A stretch of DNA of 64,000 bases from Planctomycetaceae bacterium (GTDB taxonomy: Bacteria > Planctomycetota > Phycisphaerae > Phycisphaerales > SM1A02), in assembly GCA_021297815.1 (NCBI GenBank), contig JAJTGK010000004.1, forward strand, positions 542 to 64,541. Reading direction: 5' to 3'. The position numbers and the translations under genes were made by a program. Of this stretch, positions 43,152-51,606 are shown one piece after another (the first letter of the stretch is position 1; each line of letters begins with the position of its first letter). The notes beneath the pieces are model-generated. The model did not search any database and was not told the DNA's origin. It worked only from the letters and a program-made list of their open reading frames with translations.

Positions 43152-43250
43152 GCCCGCAGCCTACCCTGACCGACCGCGGGGCCACGCGCCGCTGTGGTAC
43201 AAAACCACGCGCCTCGCCGCACCGCGAGGCCAGAACGCAGAGGACACGCG

Positions 43251-44615
43251 ATGGCCGGAGTCAAGCAACCCTCGGACAAGAGCCACTTCCTGCTTCCCGA
43301 CCTCGGCGAAGGCCTCGCCGAGGCGGAGCTCGTCAGCTGGAAGGTCAAGGCGGGCGACACCGTGAAGGAGTCGCAGACCCTGGCCGAGATGCAGACCGAC
43401 AAGGCGCTCGTCGAGGTGCCGTCGCCGTGGGCGGGCACCGTGACCGAGCTCTGCGGCAAGGAAGGCGAAGTCATCAAGGTCGGCGCGGTGCTCGTGCGCT
43501 ACGGCGCGGGCAAGGCCGCGGCCGCAGCCGCGCCCGTGGCCGTTGCAGCCGCCGCGGCTTCGTCGAACGGCAACGCCTGCATGGCGAGCCAGATCGCCGC
43601 GGGCGCGCCCGAGGGCGACCAGGGCACCGTGGTCGGAACGATGGCGGGCACGCTGACCGTGAGCGACCGCTTCGCGCGCCGCGCACCCGAGACGATCGAG
43701 GTCGTGCGCGAGGGCAAGGCGCTCGCCACGCCCGCCGTGCGCGGGCTCGCGCGCAAGTTCGGCGTCGACATCCAGCAGGTGCCCGGCACGGGCCGCGGCG
43801 GACGCGTGACCGCGAGCGATGTCGCGGCGTTCGCCGAGGGTGGCACGGCCGTCGCCGCCGCGCCTGCGGCCGGCTTCGCGCCGAAGGCCGCCACGATCGC
43901 GCCGGGCTCCGTGTACATCGACCAGAACGATGTGGCGCAGCGCGTGCCGTTCCGCGGCGTGCGCCGAAAGATCGCCGAGGCGCTGTCGCGCAGCGTGCAG
44001 ACCGCGGTGCACTTCACCGTGGTCGACGAGGCCGACATCACCGCGCTCGAGACGAAGCGCAAGGAGTACTCGAAGGTCGTCGGCGAGAAGCTCTCGATGC
44101 TTCCGTTCATCATGACCGCCATTTGCCGCGCGCTGAAGAAGCACCCGTCGCTCAACGCGGTCGTCGACGACGCGAAGGGCGAGATCATCCTGAAGAGCGC
44201 CGTCAACCTCGGCTGCGCGGTCGACACCGACGCGGGCCTGATGGTGCCTGTCATCAAGAATGCGGGCACGATGGCGCCCGTGCAGCTCGCGCAGAGCGTG
44301 AAGACGCTCGCCGCGAAGTGCAAGGACCGCACGATCGCCCGCGAGGAGTCGCTCGGCGGCACCTTCACGATCTCGAATGTGGGCAGCTACGGCGGCATGT
44401 TCGCGACGCCCGTCATCAACTACCCCGAGGTCGCGATCCTGGCCGCGGGCCGCGCGAAGGAGCGCGTCTGCGTGAAGGACGGCAAGTTCTACGCGGGCCT
44501 CGTGCTGCCGCTCTCGCTCTCGTGCGACCACCGCGTGGTCGACGGCGCCGAGGGCGCGCGCTTCCTGAACACCGTGGTGAAGCTGCTCGAGGACCCCGAC
44601 GCGCTGCTCGCGTGA
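43251..44615 (+). CDS. dihydrolipoamide acyltransferase (2-oxoacid dehydrogenase E2)
   Basis: Lipoyl domain ..LPDLGEGLAEAELVSWKVKAGD...EMQTDKALVEVPSP.., a peripheral-subunit-binding segment ..ATPAVRGLARKFGVDI.., and the catalytic motif ..SCDHRVVDGAEGARFL... Confidence 0.9.
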   Translation: MAGVKQPSDKSHFLLPDLGEGLAEAELVSWKVKAGDTVKESQTLAEMQTDKALVEVPSPWAGTVTELCGKEGEVIKVGAVLVRYGAGKAAAAAAPVAVAAAAASSNGNACMASQIAAGAPEGDQGTVVGTMAGTLTVSDRFARRAPETIEVVREGKALATPAVRGLARKFGVDIQQVPGTGRGGRVTASDVAAFAEGGTAVAAAPAAGFAPKAATIAPGSVYIDQNDVAQRVPFRGVRRKIAEALSRSVQTAVHFTVVDEADITALETKRKEYSKVVGEKLSMLPFIMTAICRALKKHPSLNAVVDDAKGEIILKSAVNLGCAVDTDAGLMVPVIKNAGTMAPVQLAQSVKTLAAKCKDRTIAREESLGGTFTISNVGSYGGMFATPVINYPEVAILAAGRAKERVCVKDGKFYAGLVLPLSLSCDHRVVDGAEGARFLNTVVKLLEDPDALLA

Positions 44616-44622
44616 GGCACCG

Positions 44623-45024
44623 ATGCGGCCGATCGCGCTCCAGATGCTCTCTGCCGTGCTGCTTGCCGCGCCGCTCGCCGCATGCAGCGCGAAGCCGCTC
44701 GTCTACCGCCATGTGCCCGACCGCGACGCCGTGGTCGAGGTCGAGGCGTCGCGCGGCTCGACCTATGTCGCCGAACTTCCGTTCTCCGCCGGCACGGGCT
44801 TCGGCTGGACGGCCTCGAGCTACGACGACACCATCGTGAAGCTCGCCTCGCAGAAGACCCGTGACGCGGCGCCCGCGGGCGTCGTCGGCGGCGCGCTCGT
44901 CGAGGAGTTCACCTTCGAACTCAAGCGCCGTGGCGAGACCGTGATCCTGTTCGAGCTCAAGCGGCCGTGGGAGAAGGATGTGAGCGCGGCCGAGGTCCGC
45001 TCGGTGCGCATCCGCGTGCAGTGA
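44623..45024 (+). CDS. chagasin-family (I42) cysteine-peptidase inhibitor lipoprotein
   Basis: Signal and lipobox LLAAPLAAC. Three chagasin motifs in order: ..SAGTGFGWT.., ..AGVVGGA.. and ..KRPWE... Confidence 0.75.
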   Translation: MRPIALQMLSAVLLAAPLAACSAKPLVYRHVPDRDAVVEVEASRGSTYVAELPFSAGTGFGWTASSYDDTIVKLASQKTRDAAPAGVVGGALVEEFTFELKRRGETVILFELKRPWEKDVSAAEVRSVRIRVQ

Positions 45025-45051
45025 ACCGCGGACAGTGGAAAGGACGGCGAC

Positions 45052-46125
45052 ATGCCTGAATCACGCACCATCGCTGGCGAATGCCGCGTCTTCCTCGCCT
45101 TCGAGGTCGGCTACGCGATCGACCTCGCCCGCGCGGCGCAGCGGTTTCCCGCAAGCGCGCGCGAGGCGCTGCCTTCGAGCCGCAGGCTGCCCGCCGACTG
45201 CGACTTCACGCAGAAGCCGCTGCGCGTCGTGGTGCAGCGCGCGCGCGTCGCGATCGACGCGTGGAACACCGCGGCGGAGGTCGAGGCCACGCTCTACGAC
45301 TTCGGCGCGATCTCGATCGCGTTCCGCGTGCCGTTCGGCGGCGCGCTTGCGGCGCTGAAGCCGCTGGGCGCCGCGCTCTGGAACAATGCCGTGCTCGCCG
45401 CCGAGGCGCGTGCGGTCATCGAGTCGCTCCTCGCGACGCTCGGAGACGCAGTGCAGCGCGCCGACCTCCGCACGGCGGGCGAGGACTTCGTCGTCTTCAC
45501 CGTCGACCCCGCGTCGTGCGGCGATGTCTCGGTCGAGGCGCTCGGCGCAGGCGCCCTCGCGGCGCTGCTCAGGCTCGAGGACGGCGAACTCTCGCGCGAA
45601 AGCGCCGCCGAGGCCGTGGCCCACCCGCTTTCGTACTCGCCGCACGACCTCGTGCTCGTCGACTGGGCCGCGGCGTTCGTGGTCGACGCCGAGCCCGCGG
45701 CCACGCTCGCCGTGCTCGAGTTCGCGAATGTGCAGCTCGTCGAGCTCAAGCATCTCGACGGCGAGCTCGACCGCGGCCTCGACCAGGTGTGGTCGATGGC
45801 CAGCGACCGCTCGCTCTTCTCGCGCTTCCGCCTGCGCGCGAACCTGCGCCGCCTCGCCGAGCTCGAGCTCGAGGGCGCCGCGCTCTTCGACAGCGTGACC
45901 AACGCGCTCAAGCTCTTCGGCGACCAGCACCTCGCGCGCGTGCAGCGCGCGGCGTCGCAGCGATTCCGCATCGACGACTGGGAACGCAGCATCGCCCGCA
46001 AGCTCGAGACGCTCGGCTCGATCAGCGGCCGCCTCGAGGCGCGCCAGTCGCAGCACCGCAGCGAGCTGCTCGAGTGGATCATCATCCTGCTGATCGCCTT
46101 CGAGATCGTCCGCGCGATCGCCTGA
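45052..46125 (+). CDS. DUF155/RMD1-like protein with C-terminal TM helix
   Basis: 357 aa, with a coiled middle part and a terminal ..LLEWIIILLIAFEIVRAI anchor, as in the YagE/RMD1 family. The call is tentative. Confidence 0.45.
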   Translation: MPESRTIAGECRVFLAFEVGYAIDLARAAQRFPASAREALPSSRRLPADCDFTQKPLRVVVQRARVAIDAWNTAAEVEATLYDFGAISIAFRVPFGGALAALKPLGAALWNNAVLAAEARAVIESLLATLGDAVQRADLRTAGEDFVVFTVDPASCGDVSVEALGAGALAALLRLEDGELSRESAAEAVAHPLSYSPHDLVLVDWAAAFVVDAEPAATLAVLEFANVQLVELKHLDGELDRGLDQVWSMASDRSLFSRFRLRANLRRLAELELEGAALFDSVTNALKLFGDQHLARVQRAASQRFRIDDWERSIARKLETLGSISGRLEARQSQHRSELLEWIIILLIAFEIVRAIA

Positions 46126-46158
46126 GCATCCCGCACCGAACGCGCTTCGCCGCGCCGT

Positions 46159-48444
46159 TCAGCCCGTCCAGGCGTTCAGGAGCGCCGCGATGTCCTGCGC
46201 ATTCGTCGTGCCGTCGCCCGTGATGTCGCATGCGGCCGTGCCCCAGGCGTTGAGCAGGGTCGCGAGGTCCTGGGCGTTGACCCGGCCATCGCCGTTGAAG
46301 TCGCCTGGAATCGGGCACAGCGCGTTCGCCTGGTTCGCGCACAGCGTGTCCCAGGAATCCTCGCAGCAGAACGCGTCGGCCGTGCAGACCTCGATGCAGC
46401 ACGCGCCGTCGGAGCAGCCCGTGCCCGCATGGGGCACGCGGCAGCTTCCCGCGCTCGGCGAGCCGCACCCTGCGCATGCCTGCATCGCAAGCTCCGCGCA
46501 CGCCGCATCCCACTCGAAGTTTCCGCAAGTGCTGTCGAGCGCGGTGATCTGCGCGCAGCACGCCGCGTCGGCGCAGCCCGAGGCCGCATGCGCGGCGAAG
46601 CAGCCGTTCGCCGTGTCGCCGCACTGCGCGCACCAGTCGTTCGCCTCGCCCACGCAGGTCGCGTCCCACTGCGTGTCGCAGCAGAACGGGTCGACGCCGC
46701 ACACGGTGCCGCAGCAGGTGAAGTTGTTGCAACCCGCCGCCGCGTGCGTCGTGAAGCACGAGCCCGTGCCGAGCCCGCACTGCCCGTTCGATGTGAGCGC
46801 AAGGCGCAGGTTCCCCGTGAAGACGGTGTTGCCCGTGCACGAGCAGCGCACGAGGTACTCCTGACCGAAGACGACGGGGAACTCGATCGCCGACGCGTAC
46901 TGCGAGCTGCAGAACTCGAAGCCGAAGGTGCCCACATCGAAGGCGATCGGCTCGCCCGAGCAGCTGCCCTCGAACACCGCGAGCGTCGTGTCGGTCGTGG
47001 CGCTCGTCGGGCACAGCCGCACCAGCGCACGGCCGTTGAACGGAGCCGTGAACTTCGCCCACACATCGTTGTAGTCGCTCCCGCCCACGGTCAGGCCCTG
47101 CGTGCCGTAGTTGGTCGCATGGTCGTTCGTGACCGTCAGCGTGCCGCCGTTTGCGATCGTCGTCGCCGCGCTGCATTCGTCGTTGTCGGGCACCGTGCTG
47201 CACGCGTAGTCGCAGAACACCGTGCGCGTGTTGTTGATCGAACGCCTGTTGTCGCGCGTCGCCGAGCCCGTCAGCGTGCCGTCGAACGACACGAGCGGCG
47301 AGCTGAAGTACGGAATGCGCGTGCCAGGGTTGTACGCCATCACCGTGCGGTACTGCGTGCCGCTCGTGCCCGTGAACCTGTTGCCGACCGAATAGGTGTA
47401 GTACGCGTCGTTCGTGTCGTTGCAGCCGCCACCGTCGCCAGGCGCGTGGCAGCAGCCCATGTTGTGGCCGATCTCGTGCACGAAGGTGAGGTTCGAGATC
47501 GAAGCCGTCCACGAGTCGACGCTGAAGCCTGCGTTCGACGGCGTGCTTGCCGACGACACGAGCGTGTAGCCGAGGCCGACGACGCCGCCCACGCCGTCGA
47601 CGGGGTCGTCGACGCGCATGAGCTTGATCATGTCGGCGCCCCACTCCGCGCGGCTGTCGGTGCCGAGATCGAAGAAGCCGTCGCTCGGGTTGCGCAGGCG
47701 CGCGAGGTCGGTCGAGTAGTTGTCTCCCTGGAAGATCGTGTCGCTCACGATGCGGATGCCGACGAGCCGCGCATGCAGGTCGATGTCGGTGTTCGCATAC
47801 GACTCGTTGCAGAGCTCCATCGCAAGAAGCACCTCGTCGAGCGCCGCCTGCAGGCCGCCCATCTCGACGACCGCGCCCGAGTGCACCAGCACGAACACAT
47901 CGAAGACATTGCCATCGTTGCAGGTGCCCGCGATTCCGCCCTCGCCTCCACCATGCACGGGGCCTTCTCCGTTGGTCGGCGAGCAGCCGCCGCACTCGCC
48001 CGCGGCCGCCGCGTCGAGCACCTGTCGGATCATGCGCCCGTCGTCGAGCGTGCGCACGCTGTCGACGCCTCCGAGCCCGTCGCGCACGACCGCGGCCACG
48101 CGGCCATCGCGAATGAACACATCGCTCATCGCGCCTGCGTTCTTCGGATGGCGGAAGTGGATGAAGGCGCCGCCGTCCGAGCCGGGCCTTCGGCGCCAGA
48201 CGCGTTGACCCGCGCCCGTGGCGCCCGCGAGATCGGCGGGCATCGGGTCGCCCTCGCGCAGGCCGAGCAGTGCGCCCACATCCACCTGCGCCGCCACGAT
48301 GTCCTTCCGCGTCGCGACGAGGTCGACCAGCTTCACCTCCGCGGGGTCGATGTGCGGATAAGGAGGAATCGCCTGCGCGTGCAGCGCGGCCGAGGCCAGC
48401 ATCGGCAGGACGAGCGCAGCGGTGGACATGACGGGGTGCTTCAT
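46159..48444 (-). CDS. secreted metzincin-type zinc metalloprotease with three Cys-rich repeats and two dockerin-like modules (761 aa)
   Basis: ATG 48444. Signal peptide MKHPVMSTAALVLPMLASAALHA. HEIGHNMGCCH = HExxHxxGxxH (47446..47478). Three copies of about 45 aa with 8 Cys each (46315..46785). C-terminal modules GDFNGDGRVNAQDLATLLNAWG and DITGDGTTNAQDIAALLNAW. Confidence 0.85.
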   Translation of the reverse strand: MKHPVMSTAALVLPMLASAALHAQAIPPYPHIDPAEVKLVDLVATRKDIVAAQVDVGALLGLREGDPMPADLAGATGAGQRVWRRRPGSDGGAFIHFRHPKNAGAMSDVFIRDGRVAAVVRDGLGGVDSVRTLDDGRMIRQVLDAAAAGECGGCSPTNGEGPVHGGGEGGIAGTCNDGNVFDVFVLVHSGAVVEMGGLQAALDEVLLAMELCNESYANTDIDLHARLVGIRIVSDTIFQGDNYSTDLARLRNPSDGFFDLGTDSRAEWGADMIKLMRVDDPVDGVGGVVGLGYTLVSSASTPSNAGFSVDSWTASISNLTFVHEIGHNMGCCHAPGDGGGCNDTNDAYYTYSVGNRFTGTSGTQYRTVMAYNPGTRIPYFSSPLVSFDGTLTGSATRDNRRSINNTRTVFCDYACSTVPDNDECSAATTIANGGTLTVTNDHATNYGTQGLTVGGSDYNDVWAKFTAPFNGRALVRLCPTSATTDTTLAVFEGSCSGEPIAFDVGTFGFEFCSSQYASAIEFPVVFGQEYLVRCSCTGNTVFTGNLRLALTSNGQCGLGTGSCFTTHAAAGCNNFTCCGTVCGVDPFCCDTQWDATCVGEANDWCAQCGDTANGCFAAHAASGCADAACCAQITALDSTCGNFEWDAACAELAMQACAGCGSPSAGSCRVPHAGTGCSDGACCIEVCTADAFCCEDSWDTLCANQANALCPIPGDFNGDGRVNAQDLATLLNAWGTAACDITGDGTTNAQDIAALLNAWTG

Positions 48445-48588
48445 GGAGATCCTTCGATCGAGCCGACGCGGGGACGGGTAGGCCTTCCCGTGAGCATGCG
48501 GCGTGGAGCGCGCGCTGCGAGCCTCTTGCGGCAAGGTTCGCGCAGATAACCCCGAAAGATCCGCCTGCGCAAGCCGTATCCTCCGTGC

Positions 48589-49425
48589 GTGAACGCCGCC
48601 ACCAGCATCACGCCGCTCCGCACGGGCTCGCTGCGCCTCGACGGCGGCGGCATGTTCGGGCTCATCCCGAAGTCGATGTGGGCGCGCTGGACGCCCGCGG
48701 ACGCCGACAACCGCATCGCGCTCGCCACGCGCTCGCTGCTCGTCGAGTCGCGCGACGGGCTGGTGCTCGTCGAGGCTGGCTACGGCGACAAGTGGACCGA
48801 CAAGGAGCGCGCGATGTACGCGCTCGAGCGCCGCACCGCGGTCGACGCCCTCGCCGAGCACGGCGTGCGTGCCGAGGAGATCGCGCATGTCGTCCTCACG
48901 CACCTCCACTTCGACCACGCGGCGGGCCTGACGCGCGAAGCCGCCGCGGGTGGGCTCGCGCCCGTCTTCCCGAACGCGCGCATCCATGTGCAGCGCCAGG
49001 AGTGGCTCGACGCGCTTGCGAACAAGAGCACCATGACGCGCACCTACCTGCGCACGCATCTCGAGCCCGTGGCAAGCCGCGTCGAGCTGCACGACGGCGA
49101 GTGCGAGCCGCTTGCGGGCATCGTGCTCGTTCCCTCGCCGGGCCATACCTGGGGTCATCAGAGCGTGCTCGTGCGCGGACCTCGCGAGCCCGTCCTCTTC
49201 ACGGGCGACGCCTGCCCGACGCTGCATCACGCGCATCCTGCGGCGAGCCTGGGCTACGACATGATGGCCTACGAGTCGATGGTCACGAAGCTTCGGATTC
49301 TCGGGCGTGCGCTCGAGGAGGGCTGGGTGATCGCGCTCGACCACGACGCCGAGCACGCGCTCGCGCGCACCATGCGCCACGACGGCGCGATCCGTCTCGA
49401 GCCGCTCGACGCGCCGCGCGCGTGA
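48589..49425 (+). CDS. MBL-fold metallo-hydrolase
   Basis: GTG start. ..VVLTHLHFDHAAG.. (HxHxDH) and downstream His/Asp ligands (..PSPGHTWGH.., ..FTGDA..). Confidence 0.85.
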   Translation: MNAATSITPLRTGSLRLDGGGMFGLIPKSMWARWTPADADNRIALATRSLLVESRDGLVLVEAGYGDKWTDKERAMYALERRTAVDALAEHGVRAEEIAHVVLTHLHFDHAAGLTREAAAGGLAPVFPNARIHVQRQEWLDALANKSTMTRTYLRTHLEPVASRVELHDGECEPLAGIVLVPSPGHTWGHQSVLVRGPREPVLFTGDACPTLHHAHPAASLGYDMMAYESMVTKLRILGRALEEGWVIALDHDAEHALARTMRHDGAIRLEPLDAPRA

Positions 49426-49468
49426 CGCGCGTGGCGCAGCGGCGCGGACGACGCGCTATGCTGCCGAC

Positions 49469-49672
49469 ATGCGCTTCTCCCGCATCGCCGCCTCGTTGTC
49501 CTCGCTTGTGTTCGCCGCCGCCGCCTCGGCGCAGCAGGTCGAGCCGCCGCCCGAGCCGACCTTCGTGCCGTCGACGAGCCCCGTCGTTGGCTACCTCATC
49601 ATGGCGGTCCTCTTCGGCGCGATCGTGGCGATCTCGCTGATGCCGTCGAAGCGGTCGAACACCGACCTGTGA
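49469..49672 (+). CDS. 67-aa protein: signal peptide, Pro-rich PEP-like segment, C-terminal TM and basic tail
   Basis: MRFSRIAASLSSLVFAAAASA / QQVEPPPEPTFVPSTSP / VVGYLIMAVLFGAIVAISLM / PSKRSNTDL. Its stop overlaps the next start (GTGA). Confidence 0.5.
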   Translation: MRFSRIAASLSSLVFAAAASAQQVEPPPEPTFVPSTSPVVGYLIMAVLFGAIVAISLMPSKRSNTDL

Positions 49673-49989
49673 GCGACGGCCCGACCATGCGTCGCCGCTT
49701 CGGGACCTACGGCTTCCTGGCCGCGCTGAATGTCGCGGCGCTTGCGCTGCTTGCCGCGGTCGAGCTGTCGGCGCCCGCCGCGGCGCAGGTGGGTCGCCCG
49801 CGCGGGACCTATGTCGCCGCCGAGGGCCGCATCAACGGCACCGAGACGCACGCGCTCTACATCGTCGACGAGTCGACCCAGGAGACGATCGCGGTCCAGT
49901 GGGACCCGCGTTCCAAGCAGCTTGTCGGCCTCGGCTACCGCAACCTCGCCGCCGATGCGGTCGAGATCGTCCGCCCGCGCACGAACTGA
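49669..49989 (+). CDS. small secreted protein, paralog 1
   Basis: GTG 49669 (alternative ATG 49687). Signal peptide ..FLAALNVAALALLAAVELSAPAAA. The motif ..ALYIVDESTQETIAVQWD....LVGLGYRNL.. is shared with the next gene. Confidence 0.55.
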   Translation: MSDGPTMRRRFGTYGFLAALNVAALALLAAVELSAPAAAQVGRPRGTYVAAEGRINGTETHALYIVDESTQETIAVQWDPRSKQLVGLGYRNLAADAVEIVRPRTN

Positions 49990-49996
49990 CCCTCCC

Positions 49997-50326
49997 ATGA
50001 AGCTCTCCGCCGCCATCCTTGCCACGAGCGCCTTCGCGATCACCGCCGTCGCGATCGTCGAGGCGGGCCGCATCCACGGCGCGGCCACGCTCTTCGGCTC
50101 GGCCGCGATGGCAGGCACAGCCGCCACGGGCCCTGGAGGGTTCTCGGTGATCACCTCGTCGATGGGCCAGGGGCCCGACAGCGCGCCGTTCGAGACGGTG
50201 TATGTCCTCGACAACCGCGGCGAGATGCTGTTCGTCTACGGCATCGACAATGTCGCCGACCGCCGCCTCGTCCTTCGCGGCGGCGCAAGCCTGCCCGCAC
50301 TGTTCCGCGCGGCGCGCGGGGGCTGA
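49997..50326 (+). CDS. small secreted protein, paralog 2
   Basis: ATG 49997. Signal peptide MKLSAAILATSAFAITAVAIVEA. The motif ..TVYVLDNRGEMLFVYGID....LVLRGGASL.. parallels paralog 1. Confidence 0.55.
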   Translation: MKLSAAILATSAFAITAVAIVEAGRIHGAATLFGSAAMAGTAATGPGGFSVITSSMGQGPDSAPFETVYVLDNRGEMLFVYGIDNVADRRLVLRGGASLPALFRAARGG

Positions 50327-50328
50327 CG

Positions 50329-51291
50329 GTGACGATCTCCACGCCCATCCTGCTGCCGCCGCGACGGCCCGTCGACACCATCATGGCGACGCGGCGCGCC
50401 GACAGCTTCGGCAAGCGCTCGATCAAGAGCGCCTCGAAGGAGTTCGCGCTGCGCCTCGCGGTGTCGATGACCGACCTGACCACGCTTGAGGGCAAGGATT
50501 CTCCAGAGAAAGTTCGCTCGCTCTGCCGCAAGGCCATGTCCCCCGCCCCCGCGCTCGACCGCGCGCTTCGCGCCGCGGGCAAGCAGCCCGTGCCAAGCGT
50601 GGCGGCGATCTGCGTGTACCCGTCGCTCGTCGCGGTCGCGAAGGAGACGCTTGCGGGGAGCAGCGTCAAGATCGCCTCGGTCGCGACGGGCTTTCCGAGC
50701 GGGCAGTTTCCGCTCGATATCCGCCTCGACGATGTGCGCCGCGCCGTGGGCGACGGCGCCGACGAGATCGACATGGTCATCAACCGCGGCGCCTTCCTGG
50801 CGGGGCAATACGCGCTGGTCGCCGACGAGATCGCACGCGTCAAGGAGGCCTGCGGCCCTGCGCACCTCAAGGTGATTCTCGAGACAGGCGAGCTTGAGAC
50901 GCTCGACTCGGTCCGATACGCAAGCGACCTCGCGATCCATGCCGCGCTCTCGGCGGGGCCCGCGGCCGACGGCGAGATCTTCATCAAGACCTCGACGGGC
51001 AAGGTGACTCCCGCGGCGACGATGCCCGTGGTGCTCGTCATGCTCGAGGCGATCCGCGACGCGCACCGCGACACGGGAATCCGCATCGGCATGAAGCCTG
51101 CGGGCGGCATCCGCACTGCCAAGGCCGCCATTGCCCAGCTCGTCATGGTGCACGAGACGCTCGGGCCCGACTGGCTCCACCCGCACCTGTTCCGGTTCGG
51201 GGCGTCGGTGCTGCTCAACGACCTCCTGCGGCAGATCGCGCGGTTGAGCCGCGGCGGTTACGCCGCGCGGGACGATTTTGCCGAAGCATGA
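50329..51291 (+). CDS. deoC: deoxyribose-phosphate aldolase (long form)
   Basis: ..MTDLTTLEG.., ..VAAICVYP.., ..ASVATGFPSG.., ..ADEIDMVIN.., ..LKVILETGEL.. and the Schiff-base Lys in ..FIKTSTGK... GTG 50329 or ATG 50383. Confidence 0.85.
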   Translation: MTISTPILLPPRRPVDTIMATRRADSFGKRSIKSASKEFALRLAVSMTDLTTLEGKDSPEKVRSLCRKAMSPAPALDRALRAAGKQPVPSVAAICVYPSLVAVAKETLAGSSVKIASVATGFPSGQFPLDIRLDDVRRAVGDGADEIDMVINRGAFLAGQYALVADEIARVKEACGPAHLKVILETGELETLDSVRYASDLAIHAALSAGPAADGEIFIKTSTGKVTPAATMPVVLVMLEAIRDAHRDTGIRIGMKPAGGIRTAKAAIAQLVMVHETLGPDWLHPHLFRFGASVLLNDLLRQIARLSRGGYAARDDFAEA

Positions 51292-51606
51292 CGCAGGACC
51301 ACCGCATCGGGCGTGGGCCGTGCATCTGTCATCAGTAAAAGTCTGTGATGGCGAAATCATCCGATTTTCGCGTCTTGACGGCGTGAAACCTGCCATCGCA
51401 ATCCGAAATCGCGTATCTTCAGCGAGTCTGGATCATTTCTCGCCGACCGCAATACAGCGGTCGTGCACCCGTTCCACGGGTACCACACCAACCAGTAGTC
51501 CTGTCCGCATGTCGGATCGTTGTTGTTCATCCGCTTCTTCGCCCCTTCGGCGGCCCACTGCGCGCCTCCGCGGGCGCTGTGGCTTCGTCGGACAGGAGGT
51601 CACGCG

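Noticed and set aside
46159-49380. 1073-aa minus-strand ORF. The same issue affects 16715..19294, 15940..17463, 1044..2171, 53301..56636 (+), 5812..6939 (+) and 38796..41495 (+).
   Set aside because: In each case a clear signal peptide or family N-terminus with an internal ATG marks the true start (48444, 17488, 16581, 1652, 55761, 6454 and 38976). The extensions overlap genes on the other strand or intergenic DNA.
51357-51530. 57-aa minus-strand sORF (MNNNDPTCGQDYWLVWYPWNGC...) as a possible RiPP-like precursor
   Set aside because: It has no convincing SD, and GC3 collapses in the second half. There are no maturation enzymes nearby. It is mentioned only inside the leader-region finding.
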